NCBI GenBank assembly: GCA_021324295.1
Contig: JAJPJJ010000086.1
Coordinates: 19,991 to 83,990 of the forward strand
DNA from: Bacillota bacterium
GTDB taxonomy: Bacteria; Sysuimicrobiota; Sysuimicrobiia; Sysuimicrobiales; Segetimicrobiaceae
Reading direction: 5' to 3'
DNA length: 64,000 bases
A model generated the notes under the pieces. It was not told the origin of the DNA. It saw nothing but the letters and a program-made list of their open reading frames with translations, and searched no databases. The position numbers and the translations under genes are program-made. Shown here piece after piece: positions 56,926-64,000 of the stretch. How positions within the stretch are numbered: the stretch's first letter is position 1; each line of letters opens with the position of its first letter.

Positions 56926-59440
56926 CCGCGGCGCTCTGCCGCGTGACGCGGTACGCGGGCCGCTCGGCCGCGCGCAGCGCCGGCGCCGGGACGGCGGGCT
57001 GGACTTCCACGAGGTAGAGGAACTTGACGGTCTCCTCCCGGACGTCGCGCTTGAGCTGCTCGAAGAGGGCGTATCCCTCTTTCTGGTACTCGATGAGCGG
57101 GTTGGCCTGGCCGTAGGCCCGCAGGCCGATGCCCTCGCGCAGCGCGTCCATCGCGTAGAGGTGGTCGATCCACTTCCGGTCGAGCGTCTGTAGGAGGATG
57201 AGCCGCTCGAGCTCGCGCATCGTCTCCGCCCCGAGCGTCCGTTCCTTGCGCTCGTACGCCTCCAGCGCCGCGGTGCGCAGGCGCTCGCTGATCTCCTCCG
57301 CGGAGCCTCCGGCGAGCCGGTCCGCGGTCAGGTCCGCGGGCAGCGGGAAGATCGTCCGCGCCTCCTCGAGCAGCCCGGCGAGATCCCACTCCTCCGGCCG
57401 GACCTCGGTGGAGCAGAACGCGCCGACCATGTCCTCCACCAGCGTCTCGATGAAGTCCAGGATGTTCTCCCGCAGGTTCTCCCCCTCGAGGACCTTGCGG
57501 CGCTCCCCGTAGATCACCTGGCGCTGGACGTTCATCACGTCGTCGTACTCGAGCACGTGCTTCCGGACATCGAAGTGGTACGCCTCGACCTTCTTCTGCG
57601 CGTTCTCGATCTGCCGGGTGACGAGCTGGTGCTCGATCGGCACGTCGTCCTCGATCCCCAGCCGCTCCATGATGCGGGCGATCCGGTCGCCGGCAAACAG
57701 GCGCATCAACTCGTCGTCGAGCGCGACGTAGAACCGGGAGGAGCCGGGGTCGCCCTGGCGCCCCGCGCGGCCCCGGAGCTGGTTGTCGATCCGTCGGGCC
57801 TCGTGCCGCTCGGTGCCGATGATGTGCAGCCCGCCGAGCGAGCGGACCAGCTCCGCGTCCTGCGGATCCGGCGGGTTGCCGCCCAGGATGATGTCCACGC
57901 CCCGGCCGGCCATGTTGGTGGCGATGGTCACGGCGCCGGGCCGGCCGGCCTGCGCGATGATCTCCGCCTCCTTCTCGTGGTACTTGGCGTTCAGCACCTG
58001 GTGCGGAACGCCGCGCCGGCGCAGCAGCGCCGAGAGCGCTTCGCTCTTCTCGATCGACCGCGTGCCCACGAGGACCGGCCGCCGGCGCCTGTACCACTCC
58101 TCGATCTCGGTCGCGACCGCCGCGAACTTGGCCTTCTCGTGCTTGTACACGAGGTCGGGGAGGTCGTCACGGATCATCGGCCGGTGGGTGGGGATCACCA
58201 CGACCGGGAGGTTGTAGATCTGGGTCAGCTCCGCCTCCTCGGTCTTGGCCGTCCCCGTCATCCCGGCGAGCTTCGTGTACATCCGGAAGTAGTTCTGGAA
58301 CGTGATCGTGGCGAGCGTCTGGCTTTCCTTCTCGATCCGCACCCCTTCCTTCGCCTCGATCGCCTGGTGCAGCCCATCGCTGTACCGGCGGCCGAACATC
58401 AGCCGGCCGGTGAACTCGTCGACGATGATCACCTGGCCGTCCTTCACGACGTACTCCACGTCCCGGTGGTACAGCGTGTGCGCCCGGAGCGCCTGCTGCG
58501 CGTGGTGCATGAGCTCGATGTTCCGGGGGTCCGTGAGGTTGTCCACCCCGAGCATGCGCTCGAGGGCGGTGATGCCCTCCTCGGTGAACATCGCGGTCTT
58601 GAGCTTCTCGTCCACGGTGTAGTGCTCGCCGGCGCGCAGCCGCGGGATCAGGCGCGCGAACTGGTAGTACAGCTCGGTGGACTGCTCGACCTGACCGGAG
58701 ATGATGAGCGGCGTGCGGGCCTCGTCGATGAGGATGAAGTCCACCTCGTCGACGATCGCGTAGTGGAGCTCGCGCTGGACCAGGTCTTCCTTCCGGATGA
58801 CCATGTTGTCCCGCAGGTAGTCGAACCCGAACTCGTTGTTCGTGCCGTACGCGATGTCGGCGAGGTACGCCTCGCGCCGCGGCACGGGCCGGAAGTGGTT
58901 CAGGCGATCGTCTCCGTGGGGGGTCGGGTCCTGGTACGATGGATCGTAGATCCCCGCGAACTCATGGGTGATCACGCCCACGCTGAGGCCGAGCAGATGA
59001 TAGACCGGCCCCATCCAGCCGGCGCCCAGCCGCGACAGGTAGTCGTTCGGGGTGACGAGGTGCCCGCCGCGCCCCTCCAGGGCGTTCAGCGCCAGCGGCA
59101 GCGTGGCCACGAGCGTCTTGCCCTCGCCGGTCTTCATCTCGGCGATCTTCCCGCCGAACAGCACGGCCCCGCCGATGAGCTGGACGTCGTGGTGTCGCTG
59201 GCCGAGGGCGCGCTTCGCGGCCTCCCGCACGAGCGCAAACGTCTCGGGCATCAGCGCGTCGAGCGGCTCCCCGTCCTGTGCCCGCCCCCGAAGCTCGTCC
59301 AGCTTGTCCCGCAGCCGCTCCGTGGGAACCGCCTCCAACTCGGGCTCCAGGGCGTTGACCGCGGGCACCAGGCGCTCGCGAAGGTGTTTCACGATCCGCT
59401 CGCTCGGATCGCCGAGGAGGCTCCCAAACAGCTTCAGCAT
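56777..59440 (-). CDS. secA: Preprotein translocase ATPase SecA
   Basis: [18 protein letters not shown]..., Walker [29 protein letters not shown], and the C-terminal zinc tail [18 protein letters not shown]. Confidence 0.95.
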   Translation of the reverse strand: MLKLFGSLLGDPSERIVKHLRERLVPAVNALEPELEAVPTERLRDKLDELRGRAQDGEPLDALMPETFALVREAAKRALGQRHHDVQLIGGAVLFGGKIAEMKTGEGKTLVATLPLALNALEGRGGHLVTPNDYLSRLGAGWMGPVYHLLGLSVGVITHEFAGIYDPSYQDPTPHGDDRLNHFRPVPRREAYLADIAYGTNNEFGFDYLRDNMVIRKEDLVQRELHYAIVDEVDFILIDEARTPLIISGQVEQSTELYYQFARLIPRLRAGEHYTVDEKLKTAMFTEEGITALERMLGVDNLTDPRNIELMHHAQQALRAHTLYHRDVEYVVKDGQVIIVDEFTGRLMFGRRYSDGLHQAIEAKEGVRIEKESQTLATITFQNYFRMYTKLAGMTGTAKTEEAELTQIYNLPVVVIPTHRPMIRDDLPDLVYKHEKAKFAAVATEIEEWYRRRRPVLVGTRSIEKSEALSALLRRRGVPHQVLNAKYHEKEAEIIAQAGRPGAVTIATNMAGRGVDIILGGNPPDPQDAELVRSLGGLHIIGTERHEARRIDNQLRGRAGRQGDPGSSRFYVALDDELMRLFAGDRIARIMERLGIEDDVPIEHQLVTRQIENAQKKVEAYHFDVRKHVLEYDDVMNVQRQVIYGERRKVLEGENLRENILDFIETLVEDMVGAFCSTEVRPEEWDLAGLLEEARTIFPLPADLTADRLAGGSAEEISERLRTAALEAYERKERTLGAETMRELERLILLQTLDRKWIDHLYAMDALREGIGLRAYGQANPLIEYQKEGYALFEQLKRDVREETVKFLYLVEVQPAVPAPALRAAERPAYRVTRQSAADGQPSLARGDGARGAGGVQAPVRVAKVGRNDPCPCGSGKKYKKCHGREE

Positions 59441-59489
59441 CAGGGTCTCCTAGCGACACGGCGGCGTCGGCCGCCGCCGGCCGTCTCAA

Positions 59490-59495
59490 TTATAG
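59490..59495 (-). promoter_or_regulatory. Candidate -10 element (TATAAT) upstream of secA
   Basis: A perfect TATAAT on the minus strand lies about 50 nt upstream of the secA ATG. It is followed by a GGCGG/CCGCC hairpin and a GGAG RBS. No convincing -35 is present. Confidence 0.3.
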
Positions 59496-59640
59496 TCCAA
59501 CGGCGTCCCGGCGGAGCGATTCCCGGCGGACCCCGCCGCATCTATCGCGTATCGCGCGAGGCAGCGCCATCGCGTCGGCTCGGTGGCGGGCACCGTTCCT
59601 GCCACGAGCCTGCCGGCGCGCCGCGGGAGCTCGCGCCCCG

Positions 59641-60585
59641 CTACGGCGCGGGGAGGTGCAGCTTGCGTGCGAACACCTCGAGGGAGTCGTCGTGATCCAC
59701 CCGGACCCGCTCGAGCGCGAACGGGTCGCTGGCCGGCCCGACGAGCCCGGGCACCTCGGTGACGGCGCCGCGATAGTGGAGATCGCCGAGGAGGCGCTCA
59801 AGCGGGGCGGTGTACCGGCCGGCGGGGTAGGCGAAGAACGTCACCGGGCGTCCGGCCCACTGCTCGATCGCCTCCCGGCTGTGGAGCAGCTCGCCGCGCG
59901 CCACCGCAAGCGGAAGCCGGGAGAAGTCCACGTGGTGCTGGCCGTGCGACTCGATCTCCATCCCCGCGCGCGCCATCTCCTGAAGCTGCGCCGCGGTAAG
60001 GTGATCGGGTTTCCCCACCGTGGACGTCACGATGAAGAACGCCGCCACAAACCCGTAGCGCCGGAGCAGCGGGAAGGCGACCGTGTAGTTGTCCTCGTAG
60101 CCATCGTCGAAGGTGAGGACCACCCGGCGCGGCGGCACGGGCACGTGCTCGACGAGCGCCGCCCAGAGGTCATCGAGGGTCAGCGAGCGGTATCCCGCCC
60201 CGTGGAGGGCGCGGAGCTGCGCTTCGAACGCGGACGCCATGACCGTCAGGTGGACGGTGACCGGATCGCGCGCGGAGAGGGAGACATCGATGCGGTGGTA
60301 CATCAGAACGGGCACGCGCCAGCCACCGGCGGAAGCCGCCGTGCCGAGGGCCGGCCCGGCCGGCACGAGCGCCAGGACCCCGGCGACGAGCGCCGCGGCC
60401 AGCCGCCTGGTGGGCCATCGCGCTCGTGCCGCGCCGCGCGACGCCGACGAGGGGACGCGGCGGGCCTGCGCTCCGCGCCCTCCCGGGGCCCCGTTAGGGT
60501 GGGACGCCGTTCCTCGACCGGACGCGCGGGGCACCCCCGCGGCCGATCCGTCTCGCTGCCACCCCCCTCGGACTTCGGCGATCAT
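59641..60585 (-). CDS. Polysaccharide deacetylase (NodB/CE4 family), secreted
   Basis: VPVLMYHRI..., LTFDDGYEDNY, FFIVT and ESHGQHHVDF are NodB-type motifs. The N-terminal region is Arg/Gly-rich before a hydrophobic segment LAAALVAGVLALV. The start (ATG 60585) is tentative. Confidence 0.82.
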   Translation of the reverse strand: MIAEVRGGWQRDGSAAGVPRASGRGTASHPNGAPGGRGAQARRVPSSASRGAARARWPTRRLAAALVAGVLALVPAGPALGTAASAGGWRVPVLMYHRIDVSLSARDPVTVHLTVMASAFEAQLRALHGAGYRSLTLDDLWAALVEHVPVPPRRVVLTFDDGYEDNYTVAFPLLRRYGFVAAFFIVTSTVGKPDHLTAAQLQEMARAGMEIESHGQHHVDFSRLPLAVARGELLHSREAIEQWAGRPVTFFAYPAGRYTAPLERLLGDLHYRGAVTEVPGLVGPASDPFALERVRVDHDDSLEVFARKLHLPAP

Positions 60586-60669
60586 GCACCAGGTTGGTGG
60601 CCGGGGAGAGGGGGCGCGGGGGGCTGGCCTGAGCGCCCGTTGGCCCCGGTCGTGATCACACAGATCAGA

Positions 60670-60767
60670 GGAAGACCTCGATCCCTCGGACCATTCGGCC
60701 CGGCGCCGGCCTCGCCCTCGACCATGGGAGTCGGCGGAAGGTCTCGACCCCTCCGGGCCTTCGGCCC
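60670..60767. repeat. Two imperfect copies (24 of 32 nt by hand alignment) of a GC-rich motif, 66 nt apart, inside a 414-nt gene-free gap
   Basis: Copy A at 60670-60701 is ggaagacctcgatccctcggaccattcggccc. Copy B at 60736-60767 is ggaaggtctcgacccctccgggccttcggccc. Copy B is enclosed by the 7-bp inverted repeat GGAGTCG/CGACTCC (60727-60733 and 60774-60780). Confidence 0.6.
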
Positions 60768-60999
60768 TCCGGTCGACTCCGTGCCTCGAAGGGAAGCGGA
60801 GGACAGACCCCACACCCTCCCGTTCCCGCCACGGCACTGCTGCCAGGCCGCGCTACCGGCTCCCGAGCCAGTCCACCGGGCGGTTGATCGCATTGAGCAC
60901 GGCCCGCACGATGGCCTCGCGGGGGTCGTCCCGCACGAGCGCGGATCCGCTGAGCAGCTCTTCCTGCGGGCCGAGCCACGAAACCAGCGCGAGCGCGAC

Positions 61000-61509
61000 T
61001 TACCGCGCAGCCAGCGGCGTGCAGCTCGCGCCTTCCAGCAGGAACACGCCGTCGGTTCGCAGGTAGGTCTCGACGGCCCGCAGCGTCGCCTGGCCGACCA
61101 GCTCCAGACGGTGCGACGACGCGTTGGGCCCGGAGGCCGCGCCTTCGTAGAGGAGCCCGTCGTGCTCGAGCTGCACCTTGACCTCCGCGGAGGCGCGCAG
61201 CGAGGCGAAGGTGAGGCCCACGAACTTCAGCCGGGCGTGGACCGGGGCAGGCCCGGGCTCCGTCTGCCCGGGGCGCAGGGTGGCCACGCGGACAGACGCG
61301 GGGTCCACGCTCACCCCCAGCTCCGCGGCGAGCGCCGCGACGACGTCCGAGACGATGACCCGCGGCGTGCGCTCCGCGGATCCCAGCACGTGGATCCGCT
61401 CGATCGCGCCGTCGCGCCCGAGATCCACCCGGACGGCCGACACGCCGTGGAGCTTGCGGACGATGTCTTCCGCATCGCGTGCCAGGGACCGCTGCTCAGC
61501 CTGCGCCAT
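61000..61509 (-). CDS. Hypothetical two-domain protein
   Basis: ATG 61509 follows GGGGGAG. The product is MAQAEQRSLARDAEDIVRKLHGVSAVRVDLGRDGAIERIHVLGSAERTPRVIVSDVVAALAAELGVSVDPASVRV... followed by a second beta-alpha unit (AEVKVQLEHDGLLYEGAASGPNASSHRLELVGQATLRAVETYL). Composition is coding-like. Confidence 0.6.
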   Translation of the reverse strand: MAQAEQRSLARDAEDIVRKLHGVSAVRVDLGRDGAIERIHVLGSAERTPRVIVSDVVAALAAELGVSVDPASVRVATLRPGQTEPGPAPVHARLKFVGLTFASLRASAEVKVQLEHDGLLYEGAASGPNASSHRLELVGQATLRAVETYLRTDGVFLLEGASCTPLAAR

Positions 61510-61685
61510 CGTCTCCCCCTGCTTCAATCGCGCCGGGCGCGGACGTACCTGCCACGGATGCCCGCCACCCGGTAACGCCAGGAATCATGTTCACCCCTCC
61601 TGCGCCCGGCTCCTTCGAGCACCGGGCACGTCCGGCGATCCTCCCGCGATGTGCCGGCGGAACCTCGACCCGGCCGGGGATCACA

Positions 61686-62468
61686 CTACAGGCGCCACCG
61701 CCGCCGGAGCTGGGCGAGCCCGCCGCTACGGTCCAGCTCGCGGATCGCGGCCGACACGAACGCTGCGAGGTCGGGCGCATCCGCCCGCGCGACCGCGACA
61801 AGGGGCGTCCCCGGCGAGGCGTCTGCGGTGACGCCGAGGCCCGAGTGGGTGTGGGCGTACCAGAGGAGGACGGCGCGATCTCCGACCGCGGCCTCCGCCC
61901 GGCCGTCGGCCACGGCGGCGAGCGCCTGCTCCGGCAGGTAGAACGGCACGAGCGTCCCTGCCACGGCCGCCGCGTCGCCGACGCCCACGGCCGCGGCGAC
62001 GCGGCGGCCGCGCAGCTCACCCGGAGCGTGGACCGGCGCGCCCGCGCGCCACAGGATCGCCCGCCCCGACACGTAGTAGGGCGCAGACGGCAGCCCGGGC
62101 GCCTGATCGGCGGACAGCGAGCTCAGGATCAGATCCGCGGCGGGCGGGAAGCCGGCGCGGATCACCGCGCGCGGCACGTCCAGGACATCGAGGCGGACGC
62201 CGAGCGCGTGCGCCAGCAGCCCCGCCAGCTCCACCTCGAATCCTCGCGGCACGCCCGCCTCGCGGTACGCCATCGGCGGAAACGAGAGATCGGCTGCGAC
62301 GCGGAGGACGCCTGCGCGCTGAATGGCGGTGATCCCCGGACCCCGCACCGCGGGATGAGGCGCCGGCGGCAGCGGGGGAAGCTGCGCGGCGCCGCCGCAT
62401 GCGGTCGCCACCAGCATCGCGGCGACCGCGCTCACGAATCCTCGGCCACCCTCGGCCATCGCGTGCAT
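61686..62468 (-). CDS. Family-3 (amino-acid type) ABC substrate-binding lipoprotein
   Basis: Lipobox-like AMLVATACGG followed by GVLRVAADLSFPPMAYRE...GFEVELAGLLA...ADLILSSLS. The start is ambiguous (ATG 62468 or 62459, or a nearby GTG). Confidence 0.75.
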   Translation of the reverse strand: MHAMAEGGRGFVSAVAAMLVATACGGAAQLPPLPPAPHPAVRGPGITAIQRAGVLRVAADLSFPPMAYREAGVPRGFEVELAGLLAHALGVRLDVLDVPRAVIRAGFPPAADLILSSLSADQAPGLPSAPYYVSGRAILWRAGAPVHAPGELRGRRVAAAVGVGDAAAVAGTLVPFYLPEQALAAVADGRAEAAVGDRAVLLWYAHTHSGLGVTADASPGTPLVAVARADAPDLAAFVSAAIRELDRSGGLAQLRRRWRL

Positions 62469-62614
62469 CCCGTCTCGCCCGGCGCGCACCGGCACCGTGG
62501 CCCTCTCCGACCCGAGCCGCGCCCGGGCGTGGCTCATTATACGATCGCCCCGGCCCGCTGACAACCGACGTCGCACGAGAGGGACGCGCCCGCAGGCCGC
62601 CGAAGGTGCAGGTC

Positions 62615-63226
62615 ATGAACGCGCGCGCACGGGCGCTGGGCGTGCTGCCGGCAGCGGTGTGCGTGGGGGCGATCGCGGCGCTGCTCGCTGCGCAGCCCGG
62701 GATGCCGGCGCTGCCGTCCTACGCGCTCTACTACTCGTTCGAGATCCCGCTGGCGCTCCCCGCGATCACGCTCGGGGACGAGGGAGCCCGGAAGACCTAC
62801 GCGGGAACGCTCCGTGGCAGCCTGGGAGGCCTCCCCCTCCGCGCGGCGTCCTTCTCGTACGGCACCGGAGCGAGCGCGGGAGCCGGCGGGGGCACGTTTT
62901 CGCTCGCTACCGCCGCGGGCGAGGTGCGCGACGGACGGATCTTGATGACGACGGACGGCGCGCGGACGACGCTGTTGTTCTTCGGCATCTACCTCGGGAC
63001 GCGCCTCGAGTTCTCGATCACCAGCGACTCCCAGCAGGTCGGGGGGACCGGCGTCACCGCGGCCGGGCTCGCCCGCACCGGGTTCGCCTCGCACGATGAC
63101 TACATGGCGGCGGTCCGCCAGGCCGTCGCGTCGCTGCCCGCCGAGACGCGCGACCAGATCATTTCGCAGGCGGACGCAAATCCGCGCCTCGTGCGCGACT
63201 ACCAGCAGCGGCCGTCGAGTCGCTAG
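62615..63226 (+). CDS. Secreted hypothetical protein
   Basis: ATG 62615 follows AAGGTG. Signal-like MNARARALGVLPAAVCVGAIAALLAA followed by a Gly/Ala/Thr-rich beta-type sequence. No family recognised. Confidence 0.5.
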   Translation: MNARARALGVLPAAVCVGAIAALLAAQPGMPALPSYALYYSFEIPLALPAITLGDEGARKTYAGTLRGSLGGLPLRAASFSYGTGASAGAGGGTFSLATAAGEVRDGRILMTTDGARTTLLFFGIYLGTRLEFSITSDSQQVGGTGVTAAGLARTGFASHDDYMAAVRQAVASLPAETRDQIISQADANPRLVRDYQQRPSSR

Positions 63227-63389
63227 TGCTCCGTGTCACACGTCAGGCGACGGATCCCATCGTGGGGCGGGGCCTCCCTCCGCTCCCAGCCGACGCGGCG
63301 TCGGTTTGGAGCGGCGCACGGGCAGAAGTGGCCGCCCCGTCCCCTCCCCGCACCGCCACCGGAGATCGGCAGCGGCGCACTGGCCCGCG

Positions 63390-64000
63390 CTACCGCAGCA
63401 GGAACCCTTCCGGGAGCGGGTCCTCGGGGTCGAGCACGAAGGTATGGAAGCCGGTGACGAACGCCCTCCCGGTGACCTCCGGCACCACGGCCGGGAACGG
63501 TCCCACCCGGGTCTCCTGCACGAGGCGCCCCACGAAGCGCGTGCCCGCCAGGCTCTCGATGACGAACGGCGCCCCGATCGCCAGACGCCCCGCCGCCCAC
63601 AGCGCGGCCATGCGCGCGGACGTGCAGGTGCCGCACGGGGACCGATCCACCTCCCGGTCGGCGAACACCGTGAGGCTGGTCTGATCCACCCCGGCATGGC
63701 GCGGCGGCCACGCCACGACGACCCCATAGAGATCCCGCAACGCCGGCTCCAGCGGGTGCACGATGTCGAGGGCCGTCGCTGTCGCCGCCTTGATCGCATC
63801 GCACGCATCGACTAGGGCGCGCAGTGGCCCCGGCTGTTCACCGAGGCCGGCCCCCGGCCCGTCGATCAACGCGTAGAACGCGCCGCCGTAGGCGACGGTC
63901 ACCGCGACGGGGCCGAGGCCCGGCACATCGACCCTCTGCTCGGCGTAGACGAAGCTGGCGACGTTGCGCAGCGTCACGCCGCGGACGCGACCGCGCTCCA
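63390..64000 (-). CDS. Proline racemase / 4-hydroxyproline epimerase family protein (partial; continues beyond the window)
   Basis: C-terminal half of the family, including DREVDRSPCGTCTSARMAAL (second catalytic Cys region) and FVTGFHTFVLDPEDPL. The frame is open to position 64000. Confidence 0.85.
   Translation of the reverse strand, partial: ERGRVRGVTLRNVASFVYAEQRVDVPGLGPVAVTVAYGGAFYALIDGPGAGLGEQPGPLRALVDACDAIKAATATALDIVHPLEPALRDLYGVVVAWPPRHAGVDQTSLTVFADREVDRSPCGTCTSARMAALWAAGRLAIGAPFVIESLAGTRFVGRLVQETRVGPFPAVVPEVTGRAFVTGFHTFVLDPEDPLPEGFLLR

Noticed and set aside
60600-60632. A G-run tract on the plus strand (GGGGAGAGGGGGCGCGGGGGG), considered as a G-quadruplex.
   Set aside because: Only three clear G-runs of three or more are separated by loops. 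G-runs are frequent at this GC content. The tract is noted only as part of the structured-gap finding.
60586-60999. Possible matches of the structured gap to known riboswitches. Candidates were TPP (CUGAUCUG...), guanidine-I/ykkC (GGUCCGAG), tandem glycine, c-di-AMP ydaO and cobalamin.
   Set aside because: Only short fragments resemble the consensus cores. The other invariant elements (CUGAGA and ACCUGAUC..GCG.AGGGA for TPP, ACGGCGGGA..GCCCGGGAGA for ykkC, ACCGAAGG.GCAA for glycine, AGCUAACC for ydaO, the B12 box) are absent. The region is kept only as an unclassified candidate.
1-64000. I searched by eye for CRISPR arrays, rRNA genes, transposases, integrases, reverse transcriptases, toxin-antitoxin pairs and recognisable defence-system genes.
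   Set aside because: No regularly spaced repeats and no translations with the corresponding signatures were seen. Absence cannot be proven without profile searches.

Overview
This is a very GC-rich bacterial chromosomal segment (roughly 70% or more by eye, not computed). It is densely coding and mostly housekeeping. The gene content (spoVS, csaB-tagA-DUF5693, ftsEX-ctp, secA-prfB, hpt, prs, gltX) suggests a high-GC Firmicutes-like or Terrabacteria lineage. I cannot name the organism.

Gene order from left to right:
- An OmpR-type two-component pair.
- A liv-type branched-chain amino-acid ABC operon.
- Proline dehydrogenase plus glutamate dehydrogenase.
- ctp-ftsX-ftsE, then surE, a frameshifted macro-domain gene and a HEAT-repeat protein.
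- A small nuclease-like gene coupled to hpt, then dinB.
- An FAD oxidase with an HxlR regulator.
- Two peptide/nickel-type ABC systems, then an MFS transporter.
- An RraA-like protein plus a ThDP enzyme, an M23 peptidase, a hydrolase and mscL.
- A 6.7 kb stretch bounded by tRNA-Glu(CUC) and tRNA-Gln(CUG).
- gltX, prs and spoVS.
- A cell-wall polysaccharide pyruvylation cluster.
- prfB with its programmed +1 frameshift.
- An lnt fusion gene, secA and a polysaccharide deacetylase.
- A 414-nt structured gap and a few hypotheticals.
- A partial proline-racemase-family gene at the right edge.

The tRNA-bounded stretch looks accessory or decayed. It holds an M50 protease, an orphan receiver, a winged-helix gene plus an HTH-LAGLIDADG-like gene, an NCS2 permease, a DedA-like protein, a 53-codon response-regulator stub and long non-coding gaps.

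I saw no CRISPR array, rRNA, transposase or integrase. The most unusual items are:
- the LAGLIDADG-like cassette;
- the repeat-containing structured gap at 60.6-61.0 kb;
- the Lnt C-terminal fusion, whose only canonical starts lie inside secA;
- a GluRS with a non-canonical HIGH motif;
- the split macro-domain gene.

Many very long ORFs in the supplied track are antisense shadows of real genes and were rejected.
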